Shown here piece after piece: positions 1-9,511 of a stretch of DNA of 59,807 bases. The translations under genes and the position numbers were made by a program. The notes beneath the pieces were generated by a model that had not been told where the DNA came from, did not search any database, and saw only the letters and a list, made by a program, of their open reading frames with translations. How positions within the stretch are numbered: position 1 is the stretch's first letter; each line of letters starts with the position of its first letter. Source of the DNA: a virus (taxonomy: Duplodnaviria > Caudoviricetes); IMG/VR virus record IMGVR_UViG_3300028883_000009, positions 1 through 59,807 of that record; one strand, 5' to 3'.

Positions 1-127
1 GTTCCTGGTCTGCTTGTATTTTGTCGGCAAAGTCAGGCCATGTGGTTCTCGCCTCCCGTAACGGCATGGGGTAGAAATGCAGGTTAACTTCCGCATCCTG
101 TACGTCATGCACATTGACAGGCCATGT
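1..127. repeat. Terminal direct repeat (assembly overlap) identical to 59681-59807; contig is circular
   Basis: First 127 nt match the last 127 nt; 127 is a common assembler k-mer; the portal frame runs through the junction. Confidence 0.97.
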
Positions 128-643
128 CCCGAAATGAAACGGGTCAACCCTCGTATTGACGACTTCCCCGATCCCGTATTCCTTCTCGGAATCAAACTCA
201 ATCTTGCGAATAACACATGAATACGTTTCGCCGTCTGTCACTCCGTCTGTCAGGCATGTCTGCTGCTCAGTCTCCATCCACCAGTACTTAGTCATTGAGT
301 GAATGGTGTCTGTCACACCCTCATATTCGGGGTTTTCAAGCAACTGTGCAACGTTGAATGTCGGGTTGTTGTCCGTTAGCTGGTTGACCGTCTGCATCCT
401 GTGCCGGTATATCAGGTTGGCTGAAGCAAGCGGTACTTTCTTCGAGTCGTTGTTGTTGAAATGCTTGTTTCGGCACAACTCGTAGTTCCTGTTCCACTTT
501 GCGTGAAGCCCTAAATCCTGCTTGTCCTGCACGACTTCGTTTAAAATGGATACAACGGTAGTACCGACATCCTTGTCGCCTTCAGGCGGCAATATGCAGT
601 CGGGATTGAAGTCTTTTAAATCTACTGTCTGCTGTTCTGCCAT
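1..643 (-). CDS. Portal protein, N-terminal part (continues across the junction into 59680..58005; ~772 aa total)
   Basis: ATG at 643 (MAEQQTVDLKDFNPD...) is in frame with the 58005-59792 ORF once the overlap is removed; lies downstream of terminase. Confidence 0.85.
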   Translation of the reverse strand, partial: MAEQQTVDLKDFNPDCILPPEGDKDVGTTVVSILNEVVQDKQDLGLHAKWNRNYELCRNKHFNNNDSKKVPLASANLIYRHRMQTVNQLTDNNPTFNVAQLLENPEYEGVTDTIHSMTKYWWMETEQQTCLTDGVTDGETYSCVIRKIEFDSEKEYGIGEVVNTRVDPFHFGTWPVNVHDVQDAEVNLHFYPMPLREARTTWPDFADKIQADQE

Positions 644-883
644 CTATTTAATCGCCCTTAATTCCTCTACCAATCGCTCTAATCCCTTTATCAGAACGGT
701 CAGCAGACTCACTTCTTTCGGTTGCAATGTGTCACATTCCCGGTACATCTTGCGCAACATTGCGTTTGTTGACCCGATTCCACGGTGTAGCGCAACTTTG
801 ATTTGCTTTTCATTCTTCGTCATTGGCACTCGCACATACGAGACATTCGGGGTTGTCACACCTTTCGTGGAACCATTCGCCAC
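644..883 (-). CDS. Hypothetical protein
   Basis: ORF abutting the portal start in the late operon. Confidence 0.5.
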   Translation of the reverse strand: MANGSTKGVTTPNVSYVRVPMTKNEKQIKVALHRGIGSTNAMLRKMYRECDTLQPKEVSLLTVLIKGLERLVEELRAIK

Positions 884-1058
884 ACCATGTATCGTCAGTC
901 ACCTGCGGGAACCTCGCCTTAACCTGCGGGGGTTGGCACACAGGGGGGAACCTCAAACATTCCCCCTTGTGACCTGTCTTGTGCTCGTAATAGTCACAGT
1001 TCCAACAGCCGTTTTCCCTGTCAAGCTCGCCGGGTTGGTTCAGGGGTTCTTCAAGCAT
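810..1058 (-). CDS. Small Cys-rich protein (CxxC...GECLRFPP...WCGEW phage family)
   Basis: Cys pattern seen in small phage metal-binding proteins. Confidence 0.65.
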   Translation of the reverse strand: MLEEPLNQPGELDRENGCWNCDYYEHKTGHKGECLRFPPVCQPPQVKARFPQVTDDTWCGEWFHERCDNPECLVCASANDEE

Positions 1059-1229
1059 CGTCTTCCTTCGGCTCGAAACACCCGCACCACCCGTTTACCT
1101 TGACAATCGGGAAGATTGCCATGTGCCGGTTGAGCGGTAACGGTGGGTTGGCTCGACACATGCCTTCCCCTTCCTGTTTCGGAAAGGATGCATCGAAAAA
1201 CACACAGTCTTTGCACTTTACCTCTGACA

Positions 1230-1529
1230 TTACCTTCTCCTTCTCTTTCTACTCCTGCGCCTTCGGGCTGCTGCCCTTCTCTTTGCCGCCCTTTTCCTTG
1301 CCGCTGCCCTTTTCTTCGCCGCCGCTGCCCTGCGCCTTGCAGACTGCGATGCGGATGTTGCCCGACCACCGGACTTGTTGACACCCTTCTTGATCTCACG
1401 GGTAGATGCCACCGCTGCGCCCAATCCGCTTTTTGTCTGCTGCTTCTTTGCGTTCAGAGGGTTTGATGACCCACCACCGCTTCCACCTTGCGCTCCACCA
1501 CTACCGCTGCGTGTGCCTCTTCTTGCCAT
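1230..1529 (-). CDS. Extremely basic protamine/histone-H1-like protein
   Basis: AGGAG RBS upstream; C-terminus RRRAAAAKKRAAARKRAAKRRAAARRRRSRKRRRR. Confidence 0.75.
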   Translation of the reverse strand: MARRGTRSGSGGAQGGSGGGSSNPLNAKKQQTKSGLGAAVASTREIKKGVNKSGGRATSASQSARRRAAAAKKRAAARKRAAKRRAAARRRRSRKRRRR

Positions 1530-1533
1530 TGTT

Positions 1534-1887
1534 TTAACTCTCCTTTCGTCTGTGTACGTTCATGTGACCTGCCAGTGCTTGTGGAGAGCCAAACTCTCGG
1601 CTACAAATGGCGCATATGTATTTTTTGTCTATGTTAAGTTCATCCCTGCTCTTGTCGGGAACGAACATTCTTCCCTTGTCGGTTAGTATCTGGTTGTGCT
1701 CGTAACACACCCGTTTCTTACAGTACGGGCATATCAGTTCACGCCATTCTGATTGCTCACGAAACGTAGGCCAGTTTCGCTCCGGTTTAAGACTCTTGAA
1801 CATCAAGCCTTTAAGCGGGGTCTTTAGACTGTCCTCGTCTATGACGGCCAAAGGTTGTTTGCAGACTTCGCAGTGTAGGATGCTCAT
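1534..1887 (-). CDS. Zinc-ribbon plus C-terminal C2H2 zinc-finger protein
   Basis: CEVC...CPYC ribbon and CAIC-x12-HMNVH finger. Confidence 0.75.
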   Translation of the reverse strand: MSILHCEVCKQPLAVIDEDSLKTPLKGLMFKSLKPERNWPTFREQSEWRELICPYCKKRVCYEHNQILTDKGRMFVPDKSRDELNIDKKYICAICSREFGSPQALAGHMNVHRRKES

Positions 1888-2105
1888 ATTTTCCCCTGTT
1901 TATGTTCACCGGTAGTTATTTCATATCCAGTGTCACCACCCGCACAGGTAATAGAAACGTATCTGTCGTATGGAGGAATGTCTAAATACCCGATTCTGAA
2001 ATGAGGACACCAATCACCGCAATTCCTGTCTGCAAAAATACACCGTCTTTGAACACCACCCATCTTGATACCGTAATACTTGCCCTTTGTAAGCTCACAT
2101 TCCAT
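1884..2105 (-). CDS. Small Cys-rich hypothetical protein
   Basis: ORF overlapping its neighbour by 4 nt. Confidence 0.55.
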   Translation of the reverse strand: MECELTKGKYYGIKMGGVQRRCIFADRNCGDWCPHFRIGYLDIPPYDRYVSITCAGGDTGYEITTGEHKQGKI

Positions 2106-2170
2106 ACAAAACCACCATCGCTATCGTCATGTTAATGACGAATGTTGACACGTATATGAACCGTATTATG

Positions 2171-2383
2171 CTATTCAACCGTGCTTACCCTTTCTTCTTC
2201 CGGTTCCATGTCAAACGCCCTGTTCAGCGGGTCATTCTCGTATTCATCGTCTGCCACCACGCTCGTGTCTGCCTTCTTCGGCGTACCGTAAGCCGGGGGC
2301 AGTAGATACCGTTTCTGCCCCATATAAAAGCCCACGACCAGGAACACAAACGCTGTTATGAGATGTGATATTACGTCAGTCAT
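2171..2383 (-). CDS. Small membrane-anchored protein
   Basis: N-terminal hydrophobic helix, acidic tail. Confidence 0.6.
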   Translation of the reverse strand: MTDVISHLITAFVFLVVGFYMGQKRYLLPPAYGTPKKADTSVVADDEYENDPLNRAFDMEPEEERVSTVE

Positions 2384-2621
2384 TTGACACTAACCGTTCA
2401 ATGTCTTCGCACGGTATACAGAAATCATCCTTTTTGATTATTTCAGCAACTTGAACACCAACCCGATACGCCTTCCTAACTTTTTCCTCAACAAAATCAA
2501 GTAGTGTGACAAACCCCTCATCACTGTTTGGTTTTCCCCAATAAAGGCCACCTAACTCTCGCTTCTCTTGAACCGAAAGCTCAACTTCAAGGCGTAAATC
2601 CATAGTGCCCCTGCCTACCAT
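2376..2621 (-). CDS. Hypothetical protein
   Basis: ORF in operon after terL. Confidence 0.55.
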   Translation of the reverse strand: MVGRGTMDLRLEVELSVQEKRELGGLYWGKPNSDEGFVTLLDFVEEKVRKAYRVGVQVAEIIKKDDFCIPCEDIERLVSND

Positions 2622-2630
2622 AAAATCACC

Positions 2631-4157
2631 TCAATCATAGTTCGCTACCGTACTTACCCACCCGTCCATGTCCTCGGCATCCTCAATACCTTCCTCATTC
2701 CACAACCCGAAATCCCTGTCAGACTCGATCAGGTCTTGCTCAAGCGACGTATCCCTGCCCTCACCGTACAGTTTGCGTATCCTTGCCTCTGTTTCTGGTA
2801 TGATAAGCGGGGGTTTCTCGCCTTCCGGTGTAATGGGGCGTGCCATGCAGATTTGGCAAATTGAGTCATAGCAATGGTCTTCCCCTGTTGAATCCACATC
2901 CTCTACGTTTAGGGTGGACATCTGTAGTTGCGGTATCGTGCGTATCGTGTGCTCACAGTTGCTATACACCTGCAACATGGGGGCTTCTTTTTCCCATATC
3001 CTCAACCGTTCCCTGAATTGCCGTATCTTTAACTCACGGTTCGGGTCTGCCGGGGAGAGATAAAGTTTATACTCGGCAAATACCTCTGCCGTGCTCTTTC
3101 CCTGTCCACCACCCTTGTAATCGGGCTTCCTGTTCCATGAATCATGACCTGCTAACCGGATTATCTTCTTGTCAGCAATGCCCATCGTCTTTTCACGCTC
3201 GATTATGCCCTCTGCTATCTCGGAATCGGTCAGTCTCATGCCCTGATCCTTCTCGCCATTCCACCCGTACCATTCAGCGAACATGAACACCCTGCCGTCT
3301 GAATCAACCCAGTACCAGTGCTGTGAGAACGGTTTGCCGAATCCCCAGTCAAACGTGGAATACAACGGAGCACCCTCTGGAATGGGGATTGGGTCGATTA
3401 CGTGATGTTTCCGACTGAAATTAAATGCCTGCCCCATGAATATATCCCAGTCACCGTCCCTGTAGGCCGTCCTGTAGGGTTCCGGCAGGGCATCGAGCCT
3501 ATGCTTGTAGTTCGGGTCAGTCTGCATCAGTATCAGGTTATCTTCCAACAGACCGGGGATATACTGCCGCAGCATACCACCTTCTTTGTCCGGCGCCTTC
3601 TTCACCTCGTACTGATCACCGAAATCAACCCATCGTTCCTTCACAAATTCATGCCCGATACCACCGGGGTTGCTCGCACACACTATTCCCGGTATCTTGT
3701 GCCGGTATTTCTCTGGCACATCCAGGGTGCAACGCACACGACCACGTAGATAATCGTACATAAATTCGTTGAATGTGGTAAGCTCGTCCATCACCAGTAA
3801 ATGAATCTCGGCACCCTGATAGTTGAAAACATCGCTCTCGTGCTGGCAATGGCTGAAATGTATCATTGACCCGTTGTGGAATACCCATCGCCTTTTCTGC
3901 TCCAGATACGTGCCTAGTCTGCCAGGGAACTCCTCACGGGAGGGTAATATGTGGTTCTTCTCAAGCTCAGGGAATGTCCTGCGGAACAGATATACCTGCA
4001 ATCCCGGTACCCTCATACACCATGCAAGTGCCTCATGTCTCAGGGCATGGCTCTTACCTGGACCAGCACTTCCCCCGTACAATATCTCATTTGCCGGTGA
4101 TTTGTGCAGTAGAGCCTGCTTGGGTTGCGGTATATATCGTGTTGTCACTGTGTCCAT
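2631..4157 (-). CDS. terL: Terminase large subunit
   Basis: Q-motif (PQPKQ), Walker A GGSAGPGKS, Walker B LLVMDE, ASNPGGIGH coupling motif, RNase H nuclease FDWGF...EDHCYD. Confidence 0.95.
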   Translation of the reverse strand: MDTVTTRYIPQPKQALLHKSPANEILYGGSAGPGKSHALRHEALAWCMRVPGLQVYLFRRTFPELEKNHILPSREEFPGRLGTYLEQKRRWVFHNGSMIHFSHCQHESDVFNYQGAEIHLLVMDELTTFNEFMYDYLRGRVRCTLDVPEKYRHKIPGIVCASNPGGIGHEFVKERWVDFGDQYEVKKAPDKEGGMLRQYIPGLLEDNLILMQTDPNYKHRLDALPEPYRTAYRDGDWDIFMGQAFNFSRKHHVIDPIPIPEGAPLYSTFDWGFGKPFSQHWYWVDSDGRVFMFAEWYGWNGEKDQGMRLTDSEIAEGIIEREKTMGIADKKIIRLAGHDSWNRKPDYKGGGQGKSTAEVFAEYKLYLSPADPNRELKIRQFRERLRIWEKEAPMLQVYSNCEHTIRTIPQLQMSTLNVEDVDSTGEDHCYDSICQICMARPITPEGEKPPLIIPETEARIRKLYGEGRDTSLEQDLIESDRDFGLWNEEGIEDAEDMDGWVSTVANYD

Positions 4158-4287
4158 ATGTTGTGTGTGCCGGTTTGTGGTCTGTATGTTGTGTGTACTC
4201 TAGTACAGAGCATTTTAGACTTTTTGTGCTATTTATAACAAAACATCATCGAAATCTTGCGCCACCGTCTGATAATTCATCTTTATG

Positions 4288-4587
4288 TCAACCTTTTTCA
4301 GGCGGTTTATCAGGCTCGGGTATTGCACTCTTGAATATCACCGTCATTTTACCGGACAGATCACCCTCAACCTTATTAGGCAACATCTTGGCTATCATCT
4401 GGTAAAAATCTTTCCGGTTCTTCTTTTCCTGCGCCCAGTCAATCATGGCCTCGGTGCCGCCGATGCCTTCAAATGCCTGTAAAAACGAGTCTTTCAGGGA
4501 CGTGAACTTGTCCTTGCTTCCCTTCGGTCTGCCAGTACGTTTCTTAATTTTCTTGAGATTCTCTTTTGATGCTTCGGGACTTGGCAT
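4288..4587 (-). CDS. terS: Terminase small subunit
   Basis: GRPKGSKDK motif, KVEGDLSG C-terminus, directly upstream of terL. Confidence 0.75.
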   Translation of the reverse strand: MPSPEASKENLKKIKKRTGRPKGSKDKFTSLKDSFLQAFEGIGGTEAMIDWAQEKKNRKDFYQMIAKMLPNKVEGDLSGKMTVIFKSAIPEPDKPPEKG

Positions 4588-4744
4588 GTTAGATTTCTAT
4601 AGATTTGTTTTGTCTAATCGTTCCTGTTTCGGTGTCATGCTGCCTGATTTTTAACCCCTGCAACTGTATGTGGAAAAGTAAAATCTATTTCGGTTTGTTT
4701 ACCCCGCCACCCACGCATTTTGTATCGTTTACCGACTTTTTTTA

Positions 4745-5020
4745 TCACGCCCACACCCTCTGCTGTAGTTTGCCTTTGGTTTCACGTTCTGCGTAGCGTT
4801 CTGCGATGTATGAGTTGAGTGTATCGACCTCGGACATTTTCGCCATTAAAAACTCCAGAAAGTTGCGTGTTTCGGCGTTTTCTTCTTCTAACGCCCTGAT
4901 TCTGTTTAGCAGTTCAGATGTTTCTGTGTAGGTTTGGTGCATTTTTTTCACAGGATTATGTATTGTTACTATTACCGCATCTATGAGTATCAACCATTGT
5001 TTACGGTAATATCTTTTCAT
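4745..5020 (-). CDS. Hypothetical coiled-coil protein (start uncertain)
   Basis: ORF on the late-gene strand. Confidence 0.4.
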   Translation of the reverse strand: MKRYYRKQWLILIDAVIVTIHNPVKKMHQTYTETSELLNRIRALEEENAETRNFLEFLMAKMSEVDTLNSYIAERYAERETKGKLQQRVWA

Positions 5021-5690
5021 CGGCCCAGATACATATCGTCACGGCTGCCGCTATCAACGCCAGGGTCACGTACCACCGCATCTGTTCCTCGGGATACACC
5101 GTTTTCCAGTAAACGTATTTCGTCAGAAGTTTTTCGATTATCTGCGTTATCGGGCCTTGTTTCATTTTTGTATGCGTGTATTGAGTCTTTGAATTTTGAT
5201 GTCGAACACACTGTCTCCCCGGGTTTTTCTCACTGGCATCCCCGGCCTCCCTTTACTTCAGCAATCCTTAAAAAATGGTTTCGGACGTGCCTTGTCCGGT
5301 ATTCCCGGCTCTGGTCTGCGCGTTTCACAGGTCTATTGCGCTAATCACATCCTCAAAAACATCCAAGGTTCGTTCATTGCGTCTTCTCCTATTGTTGCCG
5401 TTGTGGTGCGCACCGTGCGGCATGGCAACCTGTGGGTGTGCAGGGTTGCCGAAATTTTGGGGGCTTTTTTGTAACCAAGCCAGCGCCCGCCCCCGAACTG
5501 GCATTATAAAGAATCGTATTCGTCAAGGTTTGGGTGTCTACCGTGTTCGACAAGACAGCCATGTTCAAGTACCGCCTTGTCTTCCCACTTATCACCAAGT
5601 CTTTCCCTTGCACTTGGTTCTGTGAAATACCCATCCAACATCTTTTGCTGTTCTTTTGATTTTACTTCTGCTGTTTCCCATGCCATTTTT

Positions 5691-6143
5691 TTAGGCATCT
5701 TTTTCTCCTTTGGGGTTTGCTTCCCCTCTACTATTAGCAAAAGCGGAAGTTGTTTTTGTTTCCGCAGAACGTAGAAGTTGTCTAACCCATCGTTCAGACT
5801 TGTTTATTTTTTTTGCAATTATTTTTTGACTGTGATTTTTTACATAGTAGAGTCGTAGGCATATCTTTTCTTCTGGGGTAAGACCAGCACGGGTAAGGTA
5901 TCCACTTATCTTACTGTTCCATACCGGTTTTATTTGGTCATGCTTCCTGACCATGAAAGGCCAATCCCATAAGCTGATTTTGTCAAAAAGATATTCTAGT
6001 GGTGGGTCTAGGTTGTTGCTTTCTGGAATGGGTGAATAGGTTGTTTCCCTTTGACTTTTCCGTTCACTGTTTACATACGCCTCAACTTCGTCACACAACT
6101 CTGTACACGTTCCCCGCTTCTCACACTCTTTGCACGACTTCAT
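5691..6143 (-). CDS. Sigma-70 region-4-like HTH regulator (putative late transcription activator)
   Basis: LTPEEKICLRLYYVKNHSQKIIAKKINKSERWVRQLL; N-terminal CxxC...CxxxC; upstream of packaging genes. Confidence 0.75.
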   Translation of the reverse strand: MKSCKECEKRGTCTELCDEVEAYVNSERKSQRETTYSPIPESNNLDPPLEYLFDKISLWDWPFMVRKHDQIKPVWNSKISGYLTRAGLTPEEKICLRLYYVKNHSQKIIAKKINKSERWVRQLLRSAETKTTSAFANSRGEANPKGEKDA

Positions 6144-6187
6144 AAAAAAACCCTCCCTGCTACGAAATGAATCGTTAACAGGAAGGG
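6144..6187 (-). terminator. Terminator-like hairpin directly before the regulator ATG
   Basis: CCCTTCCTG...CAGGGAGGG followed by a T run on the minus strand. Confidence 0.6.
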
Positions 6188-6539
6188 CCGTTGTGGAACT
6201 TCCTCTTATTCAGCCGGGGCCGTTATGGAACCGGGTAGAACGTGACTATTCTATTGTTTTGTTTCTTCTTCTTTTACGGTTTCTATTCTCCCGGCCGCAC
6301 TTCTAATCGACTGCAACAGTTCGTCAACAAGGCGGGCTTGGCGAATCATTACATCAGATACCGTTTTTTGAAGTTCTTTCAGTTCTTCTTTGGTTGCGTA
6401 TGCCACAGATGCACTCGTTTTGGTTTAAGGTTATCGAGTTTTCTTATCTGCTCGTTCTCCTGCCGGTTTATCTCAGACTGCCGATCCTGCTCGGCAATTA
6501 CGTCCCGTATGCGATCAATAACCACCTGTATGGTTTCCA

Positions 6540-6884
6540 TCACACACCCCCGTCCTCGGCTATCCGGCCAATCTCACGATCAACATAAAACCGTGCTTTC
6601 TTCAGGTCTTCCACCGGATTACCCTTGTCTTTGTGTCGCCACAGGTACTTAATGGCGTTGCCCACATTGAAGTTGAAATGCTCTGTAACCTGTATGCACT
6701 CCACCCCTGACGGATGCTGTGTGTAGTGGGAGGGATGTTCAACAGGGTCGTCTTTCGGTTCTTGTTCGGAGAATGGGGTGTAACAGATAGGGCATCGGTT
6801 TCTCTTTTTTACATATACCATCTCTCTACATGGAGCATCATCAGTTAACCCCCACCCACACTTCTTGCACTCATATTGTGTCAT
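6540..6884 (-). CDS. DUF3310 (T7 gp1.7-like) protein with N-terminal zinc ribbon
   Basis: DPVEHPSHY...ECI...GNAIKYLWR...EDLKKARFY signature. Confidence 0.85.
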   Translation of the reverse strand: MTQYECKKCGWGLTDDAPCREMVYVKKRNRCPICYTPFSEQEPKDDPVEHPSHYTQHPSGVECIQVTEHFNFNVGNAIKYLWRHKDKGNPVEDLKKARFYVDREIGRIAEDGGV

Positions 6885-7795
6885 GCTGCGTCCTCCCCAA
6901 AACTGTTGTCCATTAACAGTTTCTTGTAAAATTCAGGAAACCCTTTTACCGCACTTCCCATAATGCTTTTCTTTGCGTAGCCGTACAGCTTACCCTTGAT
7001 GTATTCAATTTCCTCTGCTTCGATGTCCTGTTGAATTTCCCTGATGAGCGGCCCGATGTCTTTGGGTTCGTGCACCAGTTCCCCCGCCTCTTTCAAGTGC
7101 TGTATCGCTTTCATCCACCGCCCCTCAGAGCGCATTTCTTCGCACAGCAACCCGATTATGTCTTTCGTGGCCGGGTTTGATTTTCCCCATTCTTTCTGGT
7201 GTTTCTCCTTGAACTTCTCAGATACGTATTTACCAACATAATATTTGGCATCTTGAGTGAACCGTTTGTAATTTTTAAATACGATTCCCTCGATTTTCGG
7301 GCCACCGAGCACGGATTCTAACTCAAGTAGGTTCAGCACATCGTCAACCGTTTCAATTCTGCCGGAAAAAAGAAGCGGTACGGTTTCTAAACCCATAGCA
7401 TTAGCGATTTCCTCCTTGTGCAACCACGAATCAACCGGACATAAGCCGTCCTCAACGTCATAAACAATCAGATGGTTTTTCGGTATCCTGTTATATGACA
7501 GTGTGTTGTGCTTCGGTTTTTGCAAATATTCACAACGAACGGTTCTGTCTTCCGGTAGTTTACCCTGGTTAAATATTTCAAATGCTGCGTCAAAAGCCTG
7601 TTGAAACAGTTTTTGCACGTTATACGGTTGAATCTGCTGCCCCCGACTCCGGCATACAAACTCCCCGCCAATATTGCCAAACGAAAATTGACTGCCGTCT
7701 ATCTTTTCTTCAGCGATTACGTCCTCCTTGAAAATGTCTGTAATCTGTGGGTGTCCTATTGCGAACACCTTTGCATATGATGATAAATGTTTCAT
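6881..7795 (-). CDS. ATP-dependent RNA ligase, Rnl2-like
   Basis: Motif I EKIDGSQ, motif IV EGIVFK, motif V KYVSEKFKE; no DNA-ligase OB domain evident. Confidence 0.8.
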   Translation of the reverse strand: MKHLSSYAKVFAIGHPQITDIFKEDVIAEEKIDGSQFSFGNIGGEFVCRSRGQQIQPYNVQKLFQQAFDAAFEIFNQGKLPEDRTVRCEYLQKPKHNTLSYNRIPKNHLIVYDVEDGLCPVDSWLHKEEIANAMGLETVPLLFSGRIETVDDVLNLLELESVLGGPKIEGIVFKNYKRFTQDAKYYVGKYVSEKFKEKHQKEWGKSNPATKDIIGLLCEEMRSEGRWMKAIQHLKEAGELVHEPKDIGPLIREIQQDIEAEEIEYIKGKLYGYAKKSIMGSAVKGFPEFYKKLLMDNSFGEDAA

Positions 7796-8112
7796 GCCGC
7801 ATCCTCAGGTATTCTGCCAAACCACAGGGCAACCATGTCTAACGCATGGTCGGCTCGTATGACAAGTAACGACTCCCTGTGGTCGGCTGTTATGAATAAT
7901 CCCCTGTTTTTCCCTAGCCATTTATAGATTTCCCTAAACCCGTCTTTCCGGTGCTTGCACTCGTAAGGGAATCCTTCAATTTCTAAATCGCCTTTGTAAT
8001 CTGCACCGGCACCACTTGACGGTATTTTCTTCACCGTTAATCCCTTTGACCGTGCCAGGTCACGCATTTTGTATTCAAAGCGGTTGCCCTTTTCTTTCTG
8101 TCGGTTCGGCAT
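7792..8112 (-). CDS. Hjc-like Holliday junction resolvase (PD-(D/E)XK)
   Basis: KGNRFE...SGAG...GDL...ECK motif. Confidence 0.85.
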   Translation of the reverse strand: MPNRQKEKGNRFEYKMRDLARSKGLTVKKIPSSGAGADYKGDLEIEGFPYECKHRKDGFREIYKWLGKNRGLFITADHRESLLVIRADHALDMVALWFGRIPEDAA

Positions 8113-8460
8113 TTACGACCTCTCAAATTCTGCCCTACGAAATGAGTAGAGCGACCTCTGTTTATCATGCTTTTTTTTGAGCAGTTCAATACGCTCCTTA
8201 CACGCCTTTTCCCTGCCCTCTGCTATCTGCCACAGATACCGCTTTTCTGCCACCTTGGGGTCGCCTTCAGCGTAATCACCAATCAGCGTTGCCCGTATGC
8301 CGTCCATCTCCAACTTCTTCTTAACAACAGCCTTTTCTTGTTTGTAGAGCCGTTCCGTTTCGGCTGATTCCCTGTGACAGTTTTCCCACTCATCTATGGT
8401 TGCAGACAGTTCGTCCTCTATTTCCTGCATTTGCTGTTCGATAAGACCGGGGTTGCTCAT
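8113..8460 (-). CDS. Helical coiled-coil hypothetical protein
   Basis: ATG at 8460 after GGAGG. Confidence 0.6.
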   Translation of the reverse strand: MSNPGLIEQQMQEIEDELSATIDEWENCHRESAETERLYKQEKAVVKKKLEMDGIRATLIGDYAEGDPKVAEKRYLWQIAEGREKACKERIELLKKKHDKQRSLYSFRRAEFERS

Positions 8461-8774
8461 GCTACCCTCCTCCCATGCTCTATGGCGTGGCACCTGTGGC
8501 ACCGGGTTTCTGCCTCGCTAATAATGTGTTTTCGGTATCCCTTCCGGTCAACGTGGTGTACCTCCAACCCCTCGCCCGTCTTGTTCTGATACCCGCACCG
8601 CACACACTTGTAATTGTCACGCTCTAAAACTTTCTGCCGAAACCTTGCATACAGTTCGTTGAAGCATTTGTGACATACCCTCTGCTGCCCGTCTTCGTCA
8701 CGCCACCACATGACGGACTTTTTACCGCACACGGTGCAGTGTCGGTGCTTCGGGGGTTTGGGTGCGGGAATCAT
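8457..8774 (-). CDS. HNH endonuclease
   Basis: VLERDNYKCVRCG...LEVHH...CHRCHAIEH. Confidence 0.85.
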   Translation of the reverse strand: MIPAPKPPKHRHCTVCGKKSVMWWRDEDGQQRVCHKCFNELYARFRQKVLERDNYKCVRCGYQNKTGEGLEVHHVDRKGYRKHIISEAETRCHRCHAIEHGRRVA

Positions 8775-9102
8775 CTTAAATTTTTCCCAATATCCACTTC
8801 GCACCTGCGTAAAGGATATACGCTATGGCAAGTGCCGTTGGTGTCCAAATGATGTTGCTAATTTGGTCGTCAATAAGTTTGTAAAATAAATATTTCTTTG
8901 CTACGTTTTCAGCGTGTTCTGATGTCAGGTTAATATCAAGCGACTTTACAACTTTTGAGATTTCTTTTATTTTTTCTGTGTCCATCTTTTTCCCCTGTAA
9001 ATTCAATATAAATTACCATTGCCACAAACCCGATGAACAGGCAGACCGTTATCGGGATAAACAGGATTATCTTTGTGGCGATTAGGATAGTTTCTTTCAT
9101 CA

Positions 9103-9378
9103 TTAACCCTTGTTGTTTTTTAGTGCTTGCCGAATCCCATACCACTCATCCATTGTAAGTATCATTGCTTCGTCACGAGTAAACCCGTGTTCTTCAAACC
9201 GCTTTATCATGTCAACCCGCCTGTCAACTATTCCCTTCGCCAAATCAGAAAACAGGGATGCTATTTCCGGTTTAAATACCCCGACTGCCGACACAATCTG
9301 CTGTGCAACCGGCTTAAATGTTTCTGCCTGACCAACAATTTCCAGTAATGATGCAATGTCTTCTTTGTCGAATTTCAT
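9103..9378 (-). CDS. Hypothetical protein
   Basis: AGGAGG RBS; GFTRDEAM motif. Confidence 0.65.
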   Translation of the reverse strand: MKFDKEDIASLLEIVGQAETFKPVAQQIVSAVGVFKPEIASLFSDLAKGIVDRRVDMIKRFEEHGFTRDEAMILTMDEWYGIRQALKNNKG

Positions 9379-9511
9379 TTTTCCTCCTATCGCTTCGTTT
9401 CCGATATTGGTTTAGGCTCTGCCGGTGCGTCAATCACGTCTGCACGGGCATACACCCACAAGATTGTTGCCGTGATGATGATTGCCGTTACTGCTACTGT
9501 GATAAGTTTTT

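Noticed and set aside
1-127. Biological terminal repeat of the virion DNA
   Set aside because: 127 bp equals a typical assembler k-mer and falls mid-portal; it shows circularity only.
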